Below are positions 45,568 through 62,070 of a stretch of 64,000 bases of DNA, in pieces (position 1 is the stretch's first letter; each line of letters opens with the position of its first letter). A program made the translations under genes and the position numbers. The notes under the pieces are model-generated. The model did not search any database. It was not told where the DNA came from and worked only from the letters and a program-made list of their open reading frames with translations. Source of the stretch: the human T2T-CHM13v2.0 reference genome, Homo sapiens; the NCBI RefSeq assembly GCF_009914755.1, contig NC_060933.1, one strand, 5' to 3'.

Positions 45568-45910
45568 TGTCTTAGTCTCTTCAGTTGGCTATAGAAAATG
45601 CTAAAACTGAGAGGATTATAAACAATAGAAATTTGTTGTCCAAGATCCAAGTGTCCAAGATCTGAGATTCAGTGTCTTGTGAGGACTCTCTTTCTGTTTC
45701 ATAGATGGTGCCTTCTTGCTGTGTCCTCACATGGTCTAAGGAGCTAGCTAGCTTCTGGGGTCTCTTATAATAGCACTAATCCCATTCATGAGGGCCCCAC
45801 CCTCATGATCCAATCACCTTCCAAAGGCGCCACCTCATCATGCCATCAAACTAGTGAACAGGTTTCAACATATGAATTTTGTGAGGGACACAAGTATTCA
45901 GACCATCGGA
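45568..45910 (-). mobile_element. MLT1A/MST-type MaLR solo LTR
   Basis: tgtcttagtc...cactaatcccattcatgaggg...ttcagaccat; 5-bp TSD gttgt. Confidence 0.82.
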
Positions 45911-47124
45911 GTTGTCAGTATATCAAACATGTTTCTCTTTGAAGAATTTTGTTTTAAAAGTAAAAATGAGTTCATATACTTTTTCAGTCATTTAGATTGT
46001 TTTGCTTGTCTCCAGTTTTTTCTTGACTCCAAATCTTTGTTCATTTTCCATACACGTCTGAGTAATTTTTCTTTCTCATATGCCTTGTTGAATAGTGGGA
46101 AGGGCACAAAATCCTGAATTTGGATCCCAGTTGAATCCCAGAAAAGTTTACCTCTGTGAAATTTAAGTTTTCAGAACCTCTCTTTCCTGTCTGGAAAGAT
46201 AATTGTTGGTTCTACATACCTCACGTTTTGAGATGGTCAGAAGAGATCATGTTGATCATGTTTTTGAAACTATTTTGTAAATAGTAAAATGTACTTTACA
46301 AACAATAACACTTATTATTAATAAGATCTAAATGTAAGTCAACTCCTCCATGAAATGTTTGAAATTATGAACTAGAATTAATTGCCCAGACTTATGATAC
46401 TTAGATTATATCCTTTATTAGGTTTATGTATGCAGGTGTTGGTCTTTTCAAATAATTTTGAAATTCCTTAAGATTAAGAAATGTGTGTTGCCATTGCTAT
46501 GTCCTATAACACAAGCATTGTTTATTGAAATAAATGGGAAAATTTTAATTTATGTGCAACCTTGAAATCATTATAATTTAAAATTGTTAGACTTTATTAT
46601 TTAGTAAACTGTTCCCTTATCACATAAACTGAGGACCACATGACTACTAAAATTACATTTTTCTAATTTAGAAAAAAAGCAGCCTCAGTAGATTACTTTA
46701 TATTGTCATTCCTTTTTCATATGATTGTTGAATATTGAAAAAAAGTTATTTATTATTACAGTTTATCTACTTTTAGACATTTGTGTATATTATTTTTCTC
46801 TGAAATATTTTTTTCCACAATGAATAGAATATATAGCCAAGGCACTTATGATCTCAGAAGACACTGCAGTTTATTAGCATACTTAGTTCTGTCACTGTGT
46901 AGAATTTTACCTTCTTTTACCATCTGTCCTTTATTCAACAGATACATTATTGCATTTTTGAATGTATTCATCTGCACTGCCTTAGAATTATCTAGAAATT
47001 AAGTACTTTATATTTATTTTGTCCTTGTGCTAAATGTGATTTTTATTTCGTAAGTTAAAAATGGTAATAAAGTATAGTAGATTATGGTTTTTGGATTCTT
47101 AAAAGAATAAACTCTTTCCTTTAG

Positions 47125-47660
47125 GTCATTGAGTTGGAAAATCGGCTGAAATCTTTTGAGAAAAGGTCGAGAAAATTAAAAGAAGGGAATAAAAAATTAA
47201 TGAAAGAAAATGATTTTCTGAAATCCCTCTTAAAACAGCAACAAGAAGATACAGAGACCAGAGAAAAAGAGCTAGAACAGATAATAAAGGGGAGTAAAGA
47301 TGTAGAAAAAGAAAATACTGAACTTCAAGTAAAAATCAGTGAGCTGGAGACAGAAGTCACTTCCCTGAGGAGACAAGTGGCAGAAGCTAATGCATTGAGA
47401 AATGAAAATGAAGAGCTGATCAACCCAATGGAGAAATCACACCAGTCAGCAGACAGAGCTAAATCCGAGATGGCCACCATGAAAGTGAGATCTGGACGAT
47501 ATGATTGTAAGACAACTATGACCAAGGTTAAATTTAAAGCTGCGAAGAAAAATTGCTCTGTGGGTCGTCACCACACTGTTCTCAATCACTCCATCAAGGT
47601 TATGAGCAATGTGTTTGAGAACCTCAGCAAGGACGGCTGGGAGGATGTGAGTGAAAGCAG
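47125..47660 (+). CDS. CNTLN: Centlein internal coding exon C (536 nt, phase 0 to 2): VIELENRLKSFEKRSRKLKEGNKK...KDGWEDVSES(S); coiled coil
   Basis: Acceptor ctctttcctttag|GTC, donor CAG|gtaagg; covers ORF 47134..47664, E/K/L-rich heptad pattern; recognised as centlein. Confidence 0.96.
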
Positions 47661-48400
47661 GTAAGGCTCTCATTAACTTAGCTCTGTGGTGGGGACACTG
47701 TGCATATGTAAAGCACTAGCAAATGGAGATTGAATTTCAACTACTGTCGATTTGGTATTCAGAAAAAATACTGTCAGATCCTTTGAAATATCTTGGGAGG
47801 TCTTGTTCTGAGCTTATTGACTGAAATTTGCATGCAAAATTAGCCACAACTGCATGAGTACTTGAATAGGTGCCAGGAAACCCAAAAGAAGGCAATGCTT
47901 GATTTCTTTCAGTGATGCTATTTTCATGCAGTCATGAGGCTTGAAATTGACAGTTTGGCAGGTTGATTTAATTTGCTGGCCCTTTGCATATTCACCACTG
48001 ACAGCTAAGGATTCCCAGGCAAGCCTACTAAGTCGGTTTAGTTATCTTGTGACATACCAACCTGGGAGGAGAAACAATTTTCCCCCTTAATTTAGTTAGA
48101 TAAATTTTGAATGACCCATTTCAGCTTGTTACCAGATGTCTACAAGCTGTTTAACATCCTTTAAATTAAGAACCATCTTCACTAATTATTTTATGTATGT
48201 ATTATGCAAAGTCATTGTATTAACTTTAATTGAATGGTGGTTAAAAATTAGTTCTTTAAAGTTATAGCTCTAAAGATTCCTAGTCTTAAGATATGTACCC
48301 CTAGTGAACAGCAACAGGAGGATACTAAAAATCTGTAATGCTTCTTTCTCTTACCCCTGGCTATACATTCATATATGCACTTGAAACACATCAGTAAAAC

Positions 48401-48953
48401 TGTCAGAGGCCTGTGAACCAGAGCAACTCCATCTTAAATAGGAGCTGGGTAAAATGAGGCTGAAACCTGCTGGGCTGCATTTCCAGATGGTTAAGGCATT
48501 CTAAGTCACAGGATGAGATAGGAGGTCAGTACAAAACAAAGGTCATAAAGACCTTGCTGATAAAACAGGTTACGGTAGAGGAGCCAGCCAAAACCCACCA
48601 AAACCAAGGTGGCCACAAGAGTGATCTCTGGTTGTCTTCACTGCTACACTCGCACCAGCGCCATGACAGTTTACAAATACCATGGCAACATCAGCAAGTT
48701 ACCCTATGTGGTCTAAAAAGGGGAGGCATGAATAATACACCCCTAGTTTAGCATATCGTCAAGAAATAACCATAAAAATGGGCAACCAGCACCCCTCAGG
48801 GCTACTCTGTCTATGGAATAGCCATTCTTTTATTCCTTTACTTTCTTAAAAAACCTGCTTTCACTTTGCACTGTGGACTCGCCCTGAATTCCTTCTTGTG
48901 CAAGATCCAAGAACCCTCTCTTGGGGTCTGGATCAGGACCCTTTCTTGTAACA
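48401..48953 (+). mobile_element. MER41 (A-like) ERV1 solo LTR
   Basis: tgtcagaggc...gaaccagagcaactccatctt...ttgtaaca; 4-bp TSD aaac. Confidence 0.93.
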
Positions 48954-49217
48954 AAACCACAAAGACGAATGATAGAACACCTCTTTTTTACATCTAGACA
49001 GTAGGGAAGTTCAGTGTTGCCATAATTGCTAACAAATTGCCCAATTTGCCATAATTTTAAAAATTCTGCCTTGTTTTATAATGACATATGTCCTTGATTT
49101 TCCCTAGTTTTTTATTTTGTTTTGTTTTTAAATCCCTAATAGTGATTCTGTTTTAGATTTGGGATGCCTCCGGATACTTTTCCTAATCACAGACATAGAA
49201 CTGAAAATTACCTTAAA

Positions 49218-49393
49218 ATGTGGTCCCCAAACTTGTTTGCATATTAGAAGCACCTGGAGGTTTTATAAACATTCCAAAGGTTAGGTCACACCCCAGACAA
49301 ATTAAATTATAACCTTTGGAGTGGGATACAGGCCTAAGTATTTTTTCAAGTTTCCCTGTTGAATCCAATGTGCAGACAAGTTTGAGAAACACT
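49218..49393. mobile_element. MER5-type hAT-Charlie fossil
   Basis: gcatattagaagcacctggagg...aatgtgcagacaagtttgagaaacactg. Confidence 0.75.
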
Positions 49394-49772
49394 GTTTTTA
49401 AACATCATCTACTCAAGCCCCTTGTCCTCAGGCAGTTAAAGAAACTCAAAAAACATATTCATGAAGGAAAGGCCAAAGGACCAAATCTGCATTCCCATTT
49501 CGGTGTTACCGAGGTTCTTCTTTCCTTCTCTCAATAGCAATTAGAGGTAAAAACTTACTTCCCACCCACTAAGCGTTATCTTTATATCTCATTATTCCTC
49601 TGTCTTCAAGGAAATTCTAGTGCTAGCTACTAATTCTATCTTAACCACTTGGTACTACCACACTATTCAAAATAAAGTGGTGCCATTTACTTAAGTGCAA
49701 ATATGTATGTATGAATAAATAATCAATAGTTAGGTAATTCACTAATATACTTTTTAAATTTTATCATATTAG

Positions 49773-50328
49773 TGTTTCCAGAAAGAGGTCCCAATTCAGA
49801 CCCCAAGAGAGGGTTCTTGGATCTCACGCAAGAAAGAATTTGAGGCAAGTCCATAGAGTAAAGTGAAAGCAAATTTACTAAGAAAGTAAAGGAATAAAAG
49901 AATGGCTACTCCATAGGCAGAGCAGTCCCCAGGGGCTGCGGTTGCCCATTTTTATGGTTATTTCCTGACTATATGCTAAACAAGGAGTGGATTATTCATG
50001 CCTCCCCTTTTTAGACCATATAGGGTAACTTCCTGACGTTGCCATGGCATTGGTAAACTGTCATGGCACTGGTGGGAGAATAGCAGCGAGGATGACCAGA
50101 GGTCACTCTGATCACTGTCTTCTTGGTTTTGATGGGTTTTCGCCGGCTTCTTTACTGCAGGCTGTTTCATCAGCAAGGTCTTTATGACCTGTATCTTGTG
50201 CCGACTTCCTATCTCATCCTGTGACTTAGATTGCCTAACTTACTGGGAATGCCTCCCGGCAGATCTGAGCCCTATTTTACCCAGCACCTATTCAAGATGG
50301 AGTTGCTCTGTTTCAAACACCTCTGACA
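49773..50328 (-). mobile_element. MER41 (A-like length) ERV1 solo LTR, inverted relative to 48401-48953
   Basis: Ends aagatggagttgctctg...ctctgaca; 4-bp TSD ttag. Confidence 0.93.
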
Positions 50329-50821
50329 TTAGTGCATGTGCACAAGGTCACATACTTTGAGAGACATATCATACAATATCTCTTAAAATATAGGATTGTC
50401 ATTTGTGTTATTTAGCAGTAAAACTCAATTTTACACCATGATTAGTGTTACATTTCCTGCCTGACAGAATGCCTTCAAGAGTCACTCAGCTGCAAAAGAA
50501 TTCTCAAACGGCTAGAAATTCTTGCACTAGAGCTTTAGGGACTTCAGAAGATTCTTTCTTTTAGATTTTTATAGACAAAAATATAAGAGTTACTTGGATA
50601 TTGAAAAAAATAGTATGTATATATATAATTTTGTATATATAAAATACTATATCATATGATTATCACCTTCTCAGTATTTATTTCCCATAGTTGAATAGTA
50701 TTTACAAGAGCATGCCTTTTCAGTGATGGGTTTTATCAGGAGGAGGTGTTTATATCTTCAAGAAGAAAAATAGAATTTCAGTATTCCAAGCAAATTAAAG
50801 AAAGAGAAGTGAAGTTTGTAG

Positions 50822-51327
50822 TGTTATTGAATAAAAGGGGCTCGTTGCCTTATGCTAGAAGTCAATACTATGACACTGGGTTTTTGAGAAAAGAAAAGCT
50901 TTATATTGCAAGTTGACTTACAAGGAGACAGGAGTGTCAAGCTCAAATCTGTCTCCCAGGCTGGCTTCAAAGCAGTATTTTTAGAAAGTGATGGGGAGAG
51001 GGGGAGTTCTGAGATTAATAGGTGATTGGTGAAAGGAAAGGGGAGATCTGCAAAGTCCTTGAGTGGTTATCTCTTCATGCTATCATAAGTTGCATATGCA
51101 ATTCTGGGATAGTATGAAACATGCAGTGGAATTTCAGTCTGTGACATCAGCAAGCTCGTTCTGTGCAGACTCCAGTCAGCCACATTGGTTCCAACTGATT
51201 TCAGCTAGGTCTTTTATCTCATAAGCAGAGGGAGTTTCATTAAGTTGTTTCTTTTTTATTTGCCGCCTGCAAACTCAAGAATTTCTGTTTATCATTGGTT
51301 TCTTTAACTCTTTGAGGCATGGTTTCA
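50822..51327 (-). mobile_element. ERV1 (MER4-group-like) solo LTR, family unresolved
   Basis: TG...CA termini, LTR-like composition, near-TSD gtag/gaag. Confidence 0.6.
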
Positions 51328-51359
51328 GAAGCAGAGAAATAAGAATTTATTGAGGAGAT

Positions 51360-51918
51360 TATAAAGGGTTGCAAAACGTGCCATACCAAAATAAGCAATT
51401 TTGGCATAAGAATTATTTCAAACTGAAGCCAGTTCAGAAAAAGCAGTTACAAGAAAAGCTCTCTTATCTCCCGCTAAAAGCAGTACATACATTTACCAAG
51501 GTATTCCTTCTTCCCTCTCTGCCAAAAAGGGATAAAAACTAATCACTGGAGACAACTTGAGTCCCTAATGAGCCTGGAGGTAGCACCAGAGGAAGCTACG
51601 TTAACACATTTTACCAACTAGCCTTCATCTACCATTAGTTTTCCATATATTTGCCTTCCTACAATTTGCTGTTCCTTGGGACGCAAGGCCTTTCTTTTCC
51701 CTTATCACTTCTTTAAATAGTTGTTGTTCTTTGCTGAAGATGCTATGTAAACTGGAGTTCTAAGCCACCTCTTTGAGCTACTCACTTCCACGTAGTCCCA
51801 TGTATTATATGTGTGATACACATGTTAATATACTTGTTTTTCACTTGTTAATCTGTCTTTTGTTACAGGGGTCTCAAATGAGAACTTAGAGGGAAAATCA
51901 TTTTTTTCCATCCCTACA
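51360..51918 (+). mobile_element. MER34-type ERV1 solo LTR
   Basis: ccaaaataagcaattttggcataag...ttgttaatctgtcttttgttacagggg...ccctaca. Confidence 0.7.
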
Positions 51919-52254
51919 GTCATACTTTCTACTTCTATTTTCTCTTATCATTAAGTTACTTATTTAATTGCCTGGTCACATTTCTCAAACACAACATAAA
52001 CTTCCATGATTCTATGTATTTAGCCTGTCTGACTTCATGTCTCTCCCTACTAGTGCATTTTATTCTCATTCAAAATTATTTTACAAGAAACTGATGCTCT
52101 TTGACTTTTCTTTTTCTTTTTGCTTCAGGAATATGGCATTTGGATCCTTTTAAAGTTTTCAACCTTAGTGCTAAAGCCCTTTCCATCTTCCTTCCATTTT
52201 ATAAAGCAGCATATTCACTCACATTACCACCTTTTGTAAACAGATGATAACAAC

Positions 52255-53027
<773 letters not shown>

Positions 53028-53049
53028 AACTGTACCATTATTTAGAGTA

Positions 53050-53290
53050 TATCTTAGGGATTAGGAACGTGGAATCTGTTACCAAACTACTTTTGTTCAA
53101 ATCCTAACTCTCATCCTCTAGCTGTGTGACCATAGGCATGCTATTTGACCTGTCTATGCTTCAATTTCATTATCCATAAAATAGGCATAATGATAGGATC
53201 ATATTCATAGATACGTTGTGAGAAAGAAATAGGATAGAACATTAAAATAGCACCTAAAACATGTTCAGTACTGTATGTTTATTATTATTA
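53050..53290 (+). mobile_element. MIR
   Basis: ttcaaatcc...ctagctgtgtgaccatagg...cttcaatttcattatccataaaatagg. Confidence 0.7.
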
Positions 53291-53966
53291 AAAGGAATCA
53301 TTTTTTTTGGCTATCTGAAACACCCCTTACCCCATCCTCAGCATATTTGTATGTATGTGTGAAATGTATATGTTAATTCATTCATTCATTCCCAGTTGTG
53401 GTCAAGAATATGAAAAATTCTGCAATCAAACAGTGTAGTCTCACATAACAAAGATTTATTTTTCAAATTGTGAGTACAGGTCTTTTTTAGGCCTGCATTT
53501 TGTTGCTGTTTATAGATTCCACACACACATAAAAATCTTTATGATTGCAAAGATTTTTAATCTTGGAAATTTTTATACTGCTATTTTTTAATGACCTATA
53601 CATTTCATTTGATCCTCATTGAAGTCCTGATTCTTCTGTGTTCTCCACTAAATTGATCAAAAATCGGTTTGTCTGTACTTTCTGAAAATAGCAATCTTGC
53701 TTTAGGTTCCTAGCATTTTATTCCTAGGTTACTGTAGATCTAGATTCCATAGAACTTTGCATATAGTTAGTCTCTTGACACAGTATCTTAGGATAAAGTA
53801 GTAGAGTTCCTTTCATGTTGTTAAGTTTTTGATGGATGACCAGACTATATATACATAGCAGACTGTGAAGAATAAGTGAACAAATACATTTCTTGAATCA
53901 TTAAATAATATTCATTGTCTGACTACCTAATATAGTACGGTACATTAAAGCAAAATCCATATAGAG

Positions 53967-54263
53967 ATTTTTTTTTTTTAATGACGTGGAGTCAAGCTCT
54001 GTTTCCCAGGCTGGAGTGCTGTGGCACAATCATGGCTCACTGCATCCTCGACTTCCTGAGCTCGAGCTACCTTCTACCTCAGTCTCCTTAGGAGCTGAGA
54101 CTACAGCACGTGCTACCATGCCTGGCTAATTTTTCAAATTTTTTGTAGAGATGAGATCTTGCTACATTGCCTAGGCTGGTTTTGAACTTCTGGTCTCAAG
54201 TGATCCTCCTGCCTTGGCCTCAGAAAGTATTTGGATTACAGATGCAAGCCATTGTGCTTGGCC
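53967..54263 (-). mobile_element. AluJ
   Basis: Diverged reverse Alu. Confidence 0.88.
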
Positions 54264-55101
54264 TAGATTAGAGGTTTAATGAAACAATGAAAATTTTAAA
54301 AGTATTACAAGAAATTACAAGATTACTTGTTTATAACTTTGGAGCATCTCTAGGAAGTATACTTAAGCAAGAGATGAAAATACAGAGCCAGATATGAAAA
54401 AGCGTTAGAACTTTAAACATCTATATAGTAACAGATATATAAAAAGAGTTAAAAGTCAAATGACTAACCAGAAAAAGGTATTTACAACACATAAAGAAGG
54501 TAAAGGACTAATAATATCCAGAAGATTTAAAGATCATCTACAAATTATATAAAAAGACGCATCAATAGAAAATGGGCAGTGCTATGGACAGGAAATATTA
54601 ATGGCTTGAGGAGATGACTCAGTGAACCAAAGATTATGAATATGTCTGTAGCAGACAGAGGTGGTATGTGGAATGCCTGACAAGCATGACAAGAACCACA
54701 TATAGACACCTAAGGCTATGCGATTTCTGTTGACAACTGTTCTCTATTCAAAAAGCTAGTACTACTGGGAAGAGGCTGCAGCAGTGGCAGATATTTTATT
54801 TCCACAAATCCCCCATCAAAATAAACAAAACAAATAGGAAGGCATAGCCAAAATCTCAAGGATAACATCTACAATAGAATTAGTGACAAACCCAAAATAT
54901 GAACAGGTAGGGACAGCCATCGACAGCTGTATGACTTGCACTGTATCAAGAGAGAGAAAATTGGTGTCCGGAGAAAAGAAAAATACAGTTCTTCTATGAG
55001 CTATCTATACCAAAAGACCAGAACTTCCTCACTGAACTAAGTCCCACATGGAGGGGATGACACTGTGAAAAGAAACTGAATTATAGGGACAGTAGCCCCC
55101 T

Positions 55102-55553
55102 CTGTTGGTTATGTATCAACTTGTTATGTGTTTTTGGATGAGATTAACATTTAAATCAGTGAGCTTTGGATAAAGCACATTGTCCTCCAGCATGGAGATA
55201 AACCTCATTTAGTCTGTTGAAGGCCTGAATAGAATATAAAGAATGGCCTCTGTGAGCAAGAGGGAATTCTCCAGAAAATTGCCTTCAGATTTAATCTGCA
55301 CCATCAGCTCTCCTGGGTCTCTAGCCTGCCAGACTTCACACTAGAACTAGAAAATTGACTTTCCTGGGTTTCCACCTGCTGGCAATTGGACTGAAGCTAC
55401 ACCATTAGTTCTCCTGAGTCTCTAGCCTACTGGGCCATACTGTAGATTTGGACTTCCTAGCCTTCACAATCACATGAACCAATTCCTAAAGATATATACG
55501 TGCATGCATACATCCTGTTGGTTCCATTTCTCCAGAAAAACCCTGACTAATCC
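55102..55553 (+). mobile_element. MLT2-type ERVL LTR
   Basis: ggatgagattaacatttaaatcagtg...gttgaaggcctgaatagaa...aaccctgactaat. Confidence 0.8.
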
Positions 55554-55634
55554 ACCTCTCTACTTCCCACTCCCACTCCAAAAAAAGTAGTGAAGATTGA
55601 GATCAATGTTGAGGGAGTGCGTCAAAAGAGGCAT

Positions 55635-57230
<1,596 letters not shown>

Positions 57231-57325
57231 AGTCCTCTGTATTTGCTGTCCTTGGCAGTGAAATTTTAAAAAGTTGTGTACAATCCTTGTTTCAAATTCC
57301 ATTCATCCCTTCATCATCCTTCTGA

Positions 57326-57631
<306 letters not shown>

Positions 57632-57876
57632 TAAAACAATTATTTTGAGGGTCACTACCACTTTGCCAAATTCAAAGGTTGATTCTCAGTCCTCACCTTA
57701 CTTGACCTCTCAGCAGCATTTGACACAGTTGATTTCTACCTCTTGTTATTATAGTTTGCCATACCATACTCTTTATTTTCTTCTTCTCACTGATATTTAA
57801 CTTCAGTGTCATTTATTAGTTTTGTGACATTCCCCCTCAGTCTCTCAATTTTTAAGAGCTTCAGTCATTGGACATT

Positions 57877-58260
57877 GTCTTCAGTCAGTGGACATTTTGT
57901 GTTGCTATAACAACACACACAAAAAAATACCACAGACTGGATAACTTATAATGAAAGGAAATTTATTTCTTACAGTTCCGGAAGCTGGGAAGTCCCAGGT
58001 TGAGAGCGCCACATTTGATGAGGGTCTTCTGGCTGTGTCATCATGGCCGAAGGTGGAACGGCAAGGAGCCTGATAGAGCAAGAGGGGGCCAAATTTGCTT
58101 TTATAACAAGCCTGTTCTTATAACAAACTCACTCCCATGATAACATTAAATCGTTCATGAGGACTCATGATCTAATCACCTCTTATTAGATTCCACCTCC
58201 CAACACTGTTGCATTGAGGATTGTGTTTCCAAGATGTGAACTTTGGAGGACACATTAAAA
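57877..58260 (-). mobile_element. MST-type MaLR LTR
   Basis: aataccacagactggataacttata...gctgggaagtcc...cacctcccaacactgttgcattgagg. Confidence 0.78.
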
Positions 58261-58373
58261 GCTGCACTCATTGTTTTGTGATCTCATAGTATTTATTAAC
58301 ATCATTGTTACCACCTATATTCCAGCCACCCCAAAATGTATGTATCCATTCTATACCTCACTTCTGAATTTTA

Positions 58374-58581
58374 TTTTATTATTATTATTTTTATTTTTTT
58401 AGATGGAGTTTTGCTCCTGTTGCCCTGGCTGGAGTGCAGTGGCGTGATCTCAGCTCACTGCATCCTCTGTCCCCTGGGTTCAAGCGATTCTCCAGAGTAG
58501 CTGGGATTACAGGCATGTGCCACCACACCCAGCTAATTTTGTATTTTTAGTAGAGATGGGGTTTCTCCATGTTGGTCAGGC
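58374..58581 (-). mobile_element. 5'-truncated AluS
   Basis: TSD tctgaatttta at 58363-58373 and 58582-58592. Confidence 0.9.
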
Positions 58582-60340
58582 TCTGAATTTTAGACATGTA
58601 AAGTTGACTGTCAACTTGGCATCATACTTGGATATCAAATAGCCTAATACAAATTCCTGGGCTTTACCCCACCAAGCCTATTTCAGCTGCTGTCTTCCTC
58701 TTTCTCACTAATGATAATTCTATCTTTACAGTTGCACTGACCAAAAGCTTGATACCATCTTTGATTCCAGTCTTTCTGTCAGTCATTACATCTACTCTGT
58801 CAGGAAATCTTGGTGGATTTCTTTAGAAAAATATCCAGAAGTTGACCATTTCTTATCAATTTTGTTTGTCATCACTCTTATATCTATCATCAGTTGCCTG
58901 GAATATGAAAAGAACTTTCCTAACCACCCTCCCTGCTTTCAGCCTTGTTTTTAGTCCATATTTACTGTGTTCTACCCACACTGGACTGACTGTTGCTCGC
59001 TGAAAGCAGGAACTTTTAACTTAGGGATTTTAGTTTGATGTCTTCTGCCTGGAATGTATTTAGCCAGATATCTAAAACAACCAACTCCCTCTCCTCTAAG
59101 TTTTGCTTCAGTATTACTAATGATCAATCTATTTCAGATTTCAGCCTGCCACCATTTTACCTCCCATAATTTGGATTCCTTCCTCTTATCTTGCTCATTT
59201 TTTCCCCAGTGGTCCTTAATAATTTATAACATACTATATCATATTTCAGATTTATTGTGCTTATTGTTTTCTTCGTGGATAGACTAAATTTATTCATGGA
59301 TAGACTGTAAAGAATTTGTTCATCAATTCTTTCACATGCATAGGGCATAGTAGCCATTCAATAAATGTTTTTTGAATAATGAATGAATAAAGAATTATAA
59401 AGAGAAGGAAGCACTCTGCCCCATCACTAAGACACGTCTCCCTCCTTCTGCCCCTGCCCACCCCCCACCAAGGGCTCTCCAATCAAATCTAAACAGTTTG
59501 TTTTGAGAGTGTCTTATTGTGAAATATGCTGCTTTTTATGACACTTTTCATACCACTTTGGCCATTACATATTGAATTTCTGCTAAGTTTTGGCCAAACA
59601 AAAAAGAGGAATAGAACATAAAAAGAGGTAAACAATTATAGTAGAACACATAAGCAAATAGATTATAGTATTCTGATTCAGAAATAATGAATTCTGGGAT
59701 ACTGAAATAACTTGTAGATTTGATCAATTGCTGTTGGTATTTTGAAGGAGAACCCAAATGATATGAGAATATGGGAAACAGAAAAGTGTAGTTGTGACAT
59801 TAAAAACACAAAGATGGGTAATTCTATAGTTGGTGTTTTTGAAATAAATCCTAAGTAAGGTTCTGGGACATTATAAAAGAATACTTTGTGAATGTTTCTT
59901 AAAAGAAGTAGTGATTTCTCAAAGCCAGTATGAGTTCTTCAAGGGAAATTCTTATCAGACTAACCAGTAACCTTTTAAAATAGAATTACACTAAATACAG
60001 AACATCTGAATTCCATCAAAGCATGTTTATCAAATTGTGATTAACATGACGTTGAGAGGGATGTAAAATACGTCACACAATAGAATCAAGATCCCCAAAG
60101 ATCTCAGTAGACTGGGAATATAGTTACACAAATGCCTACAGGGTAGTTTATTTGGCTATAAAATACCAGTTGCACTGTACAATGGGAGAAATATGTGGCT
60201 TTAATAGTTGTCTGGGTGGTTTTGTTAAATCTTATTTGAAATACTTTAGGTGGTTTTGTTAAATCTTACTTGAGTCTATAGTATGATGTATACGCCAGAG
60301 AAGCTTACACACTTTTAGTCTGCATCTACCAAGAGTTTTA

Positions 60341-60818
<478 letters not shown>

Positions 60819-61115
60819 TCATGGTGTCTCAAGCAGCATATAATGATGTCTAAATAGTTAAAAGCTCATCCATGTGGGAAAGGGACTTACTTAAATGTTC
60901 CACACAACCTCAACACTTCCTGTCTCCTACCCTTGTTTATTTTTATTTTTTTTCTCTTTAACACATCACTATTGACATAGTATGTATTTTACTAAGTATT
61001 CTTGTTTCCTGTCCCTCTACCCTGACCAGGATAAAGGTTACATGAGGGAAGGGATTTTTTTTCTACTTTGTTCACTACTGCCTTAGCCTTCATGCCCACA
61101 AAAGTCCCTGGGCCC

Positions 61116-61434
<319 letters not shown>

Positions 61435-61889
61435 TTAAGAAGTATTTTATTCAGTGATAAATAGCCATAAGGGATGGAACTAGAATCAGTGGGTGAAAGC
61501 TTCAGAGATTCAAATTTTGTTTCAGGTGAAGGAAAAACTTTGTTAGAAATATTAAACTTTTCTGGCCTTGTTGGGAAAGTAGTGCATGCTCCAACCCTGG
61601 AAGTGTTACAGCAATTGCTTCCTGAGTTAACACTTGGTTGAAGTACTATCGAAATGATGTTAGTAGGGATTTGAAATTAGATAATCTGTTTTCTTGATGG
61701 GATTCTATAATTTTGTACAATATATTTAGATTCATTTTCCCTTTCACATTGAGAACCAGTAAATGCCCACGTTAAACTTGCAGTTTTATATACAATCTAT
61801 GCTAAAATATTATTTGGTCTTGAACTTAAGACAAGTACATGTAACAACTTTTATTCTTGGATTTTATGTCCCTACTTTTTTCTAAAAAG

Positions 61890-62070
61890 CAGTGATTCTG
61901 AAGCACAGACCTCTCAAACTTTGGGAACAATTATTGTAGAAACATCCCAGAAAATAAGTCCTACAGAAGATGGAAAAGACCAGAAAGAAAGTGATCCAAC
62001 AGAAGACAGCCAAACACAAGGAAAAGAAATAGTACAGACATATTTAAATATAGATGGCAAGACCCCAAAG
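61890..62070 (+). CDS. CNTLN: Centlein internal coding exon D (181 nt, phase 2 to 0): (S)SDSEAQTSQTLGTIIVETSQKISPTEDGKDQKESDPTEDSQTQGKEIVQTYLNIDGKTPK
   Basis: Tandem acceptor ttttttctaaaAAG|CAG|T, donor AAG|gtaaat; overlaps ORF 61921..62145; in frame with exon C. Confidence 0.93.

Noticed and set aside
47128-47130. Codon ATT (Ile) in VIELENR, where I recall Thr in a reference centlein sequence
   Set aside because: Based on memory only; at most a common missense allele and not verifiable without a database
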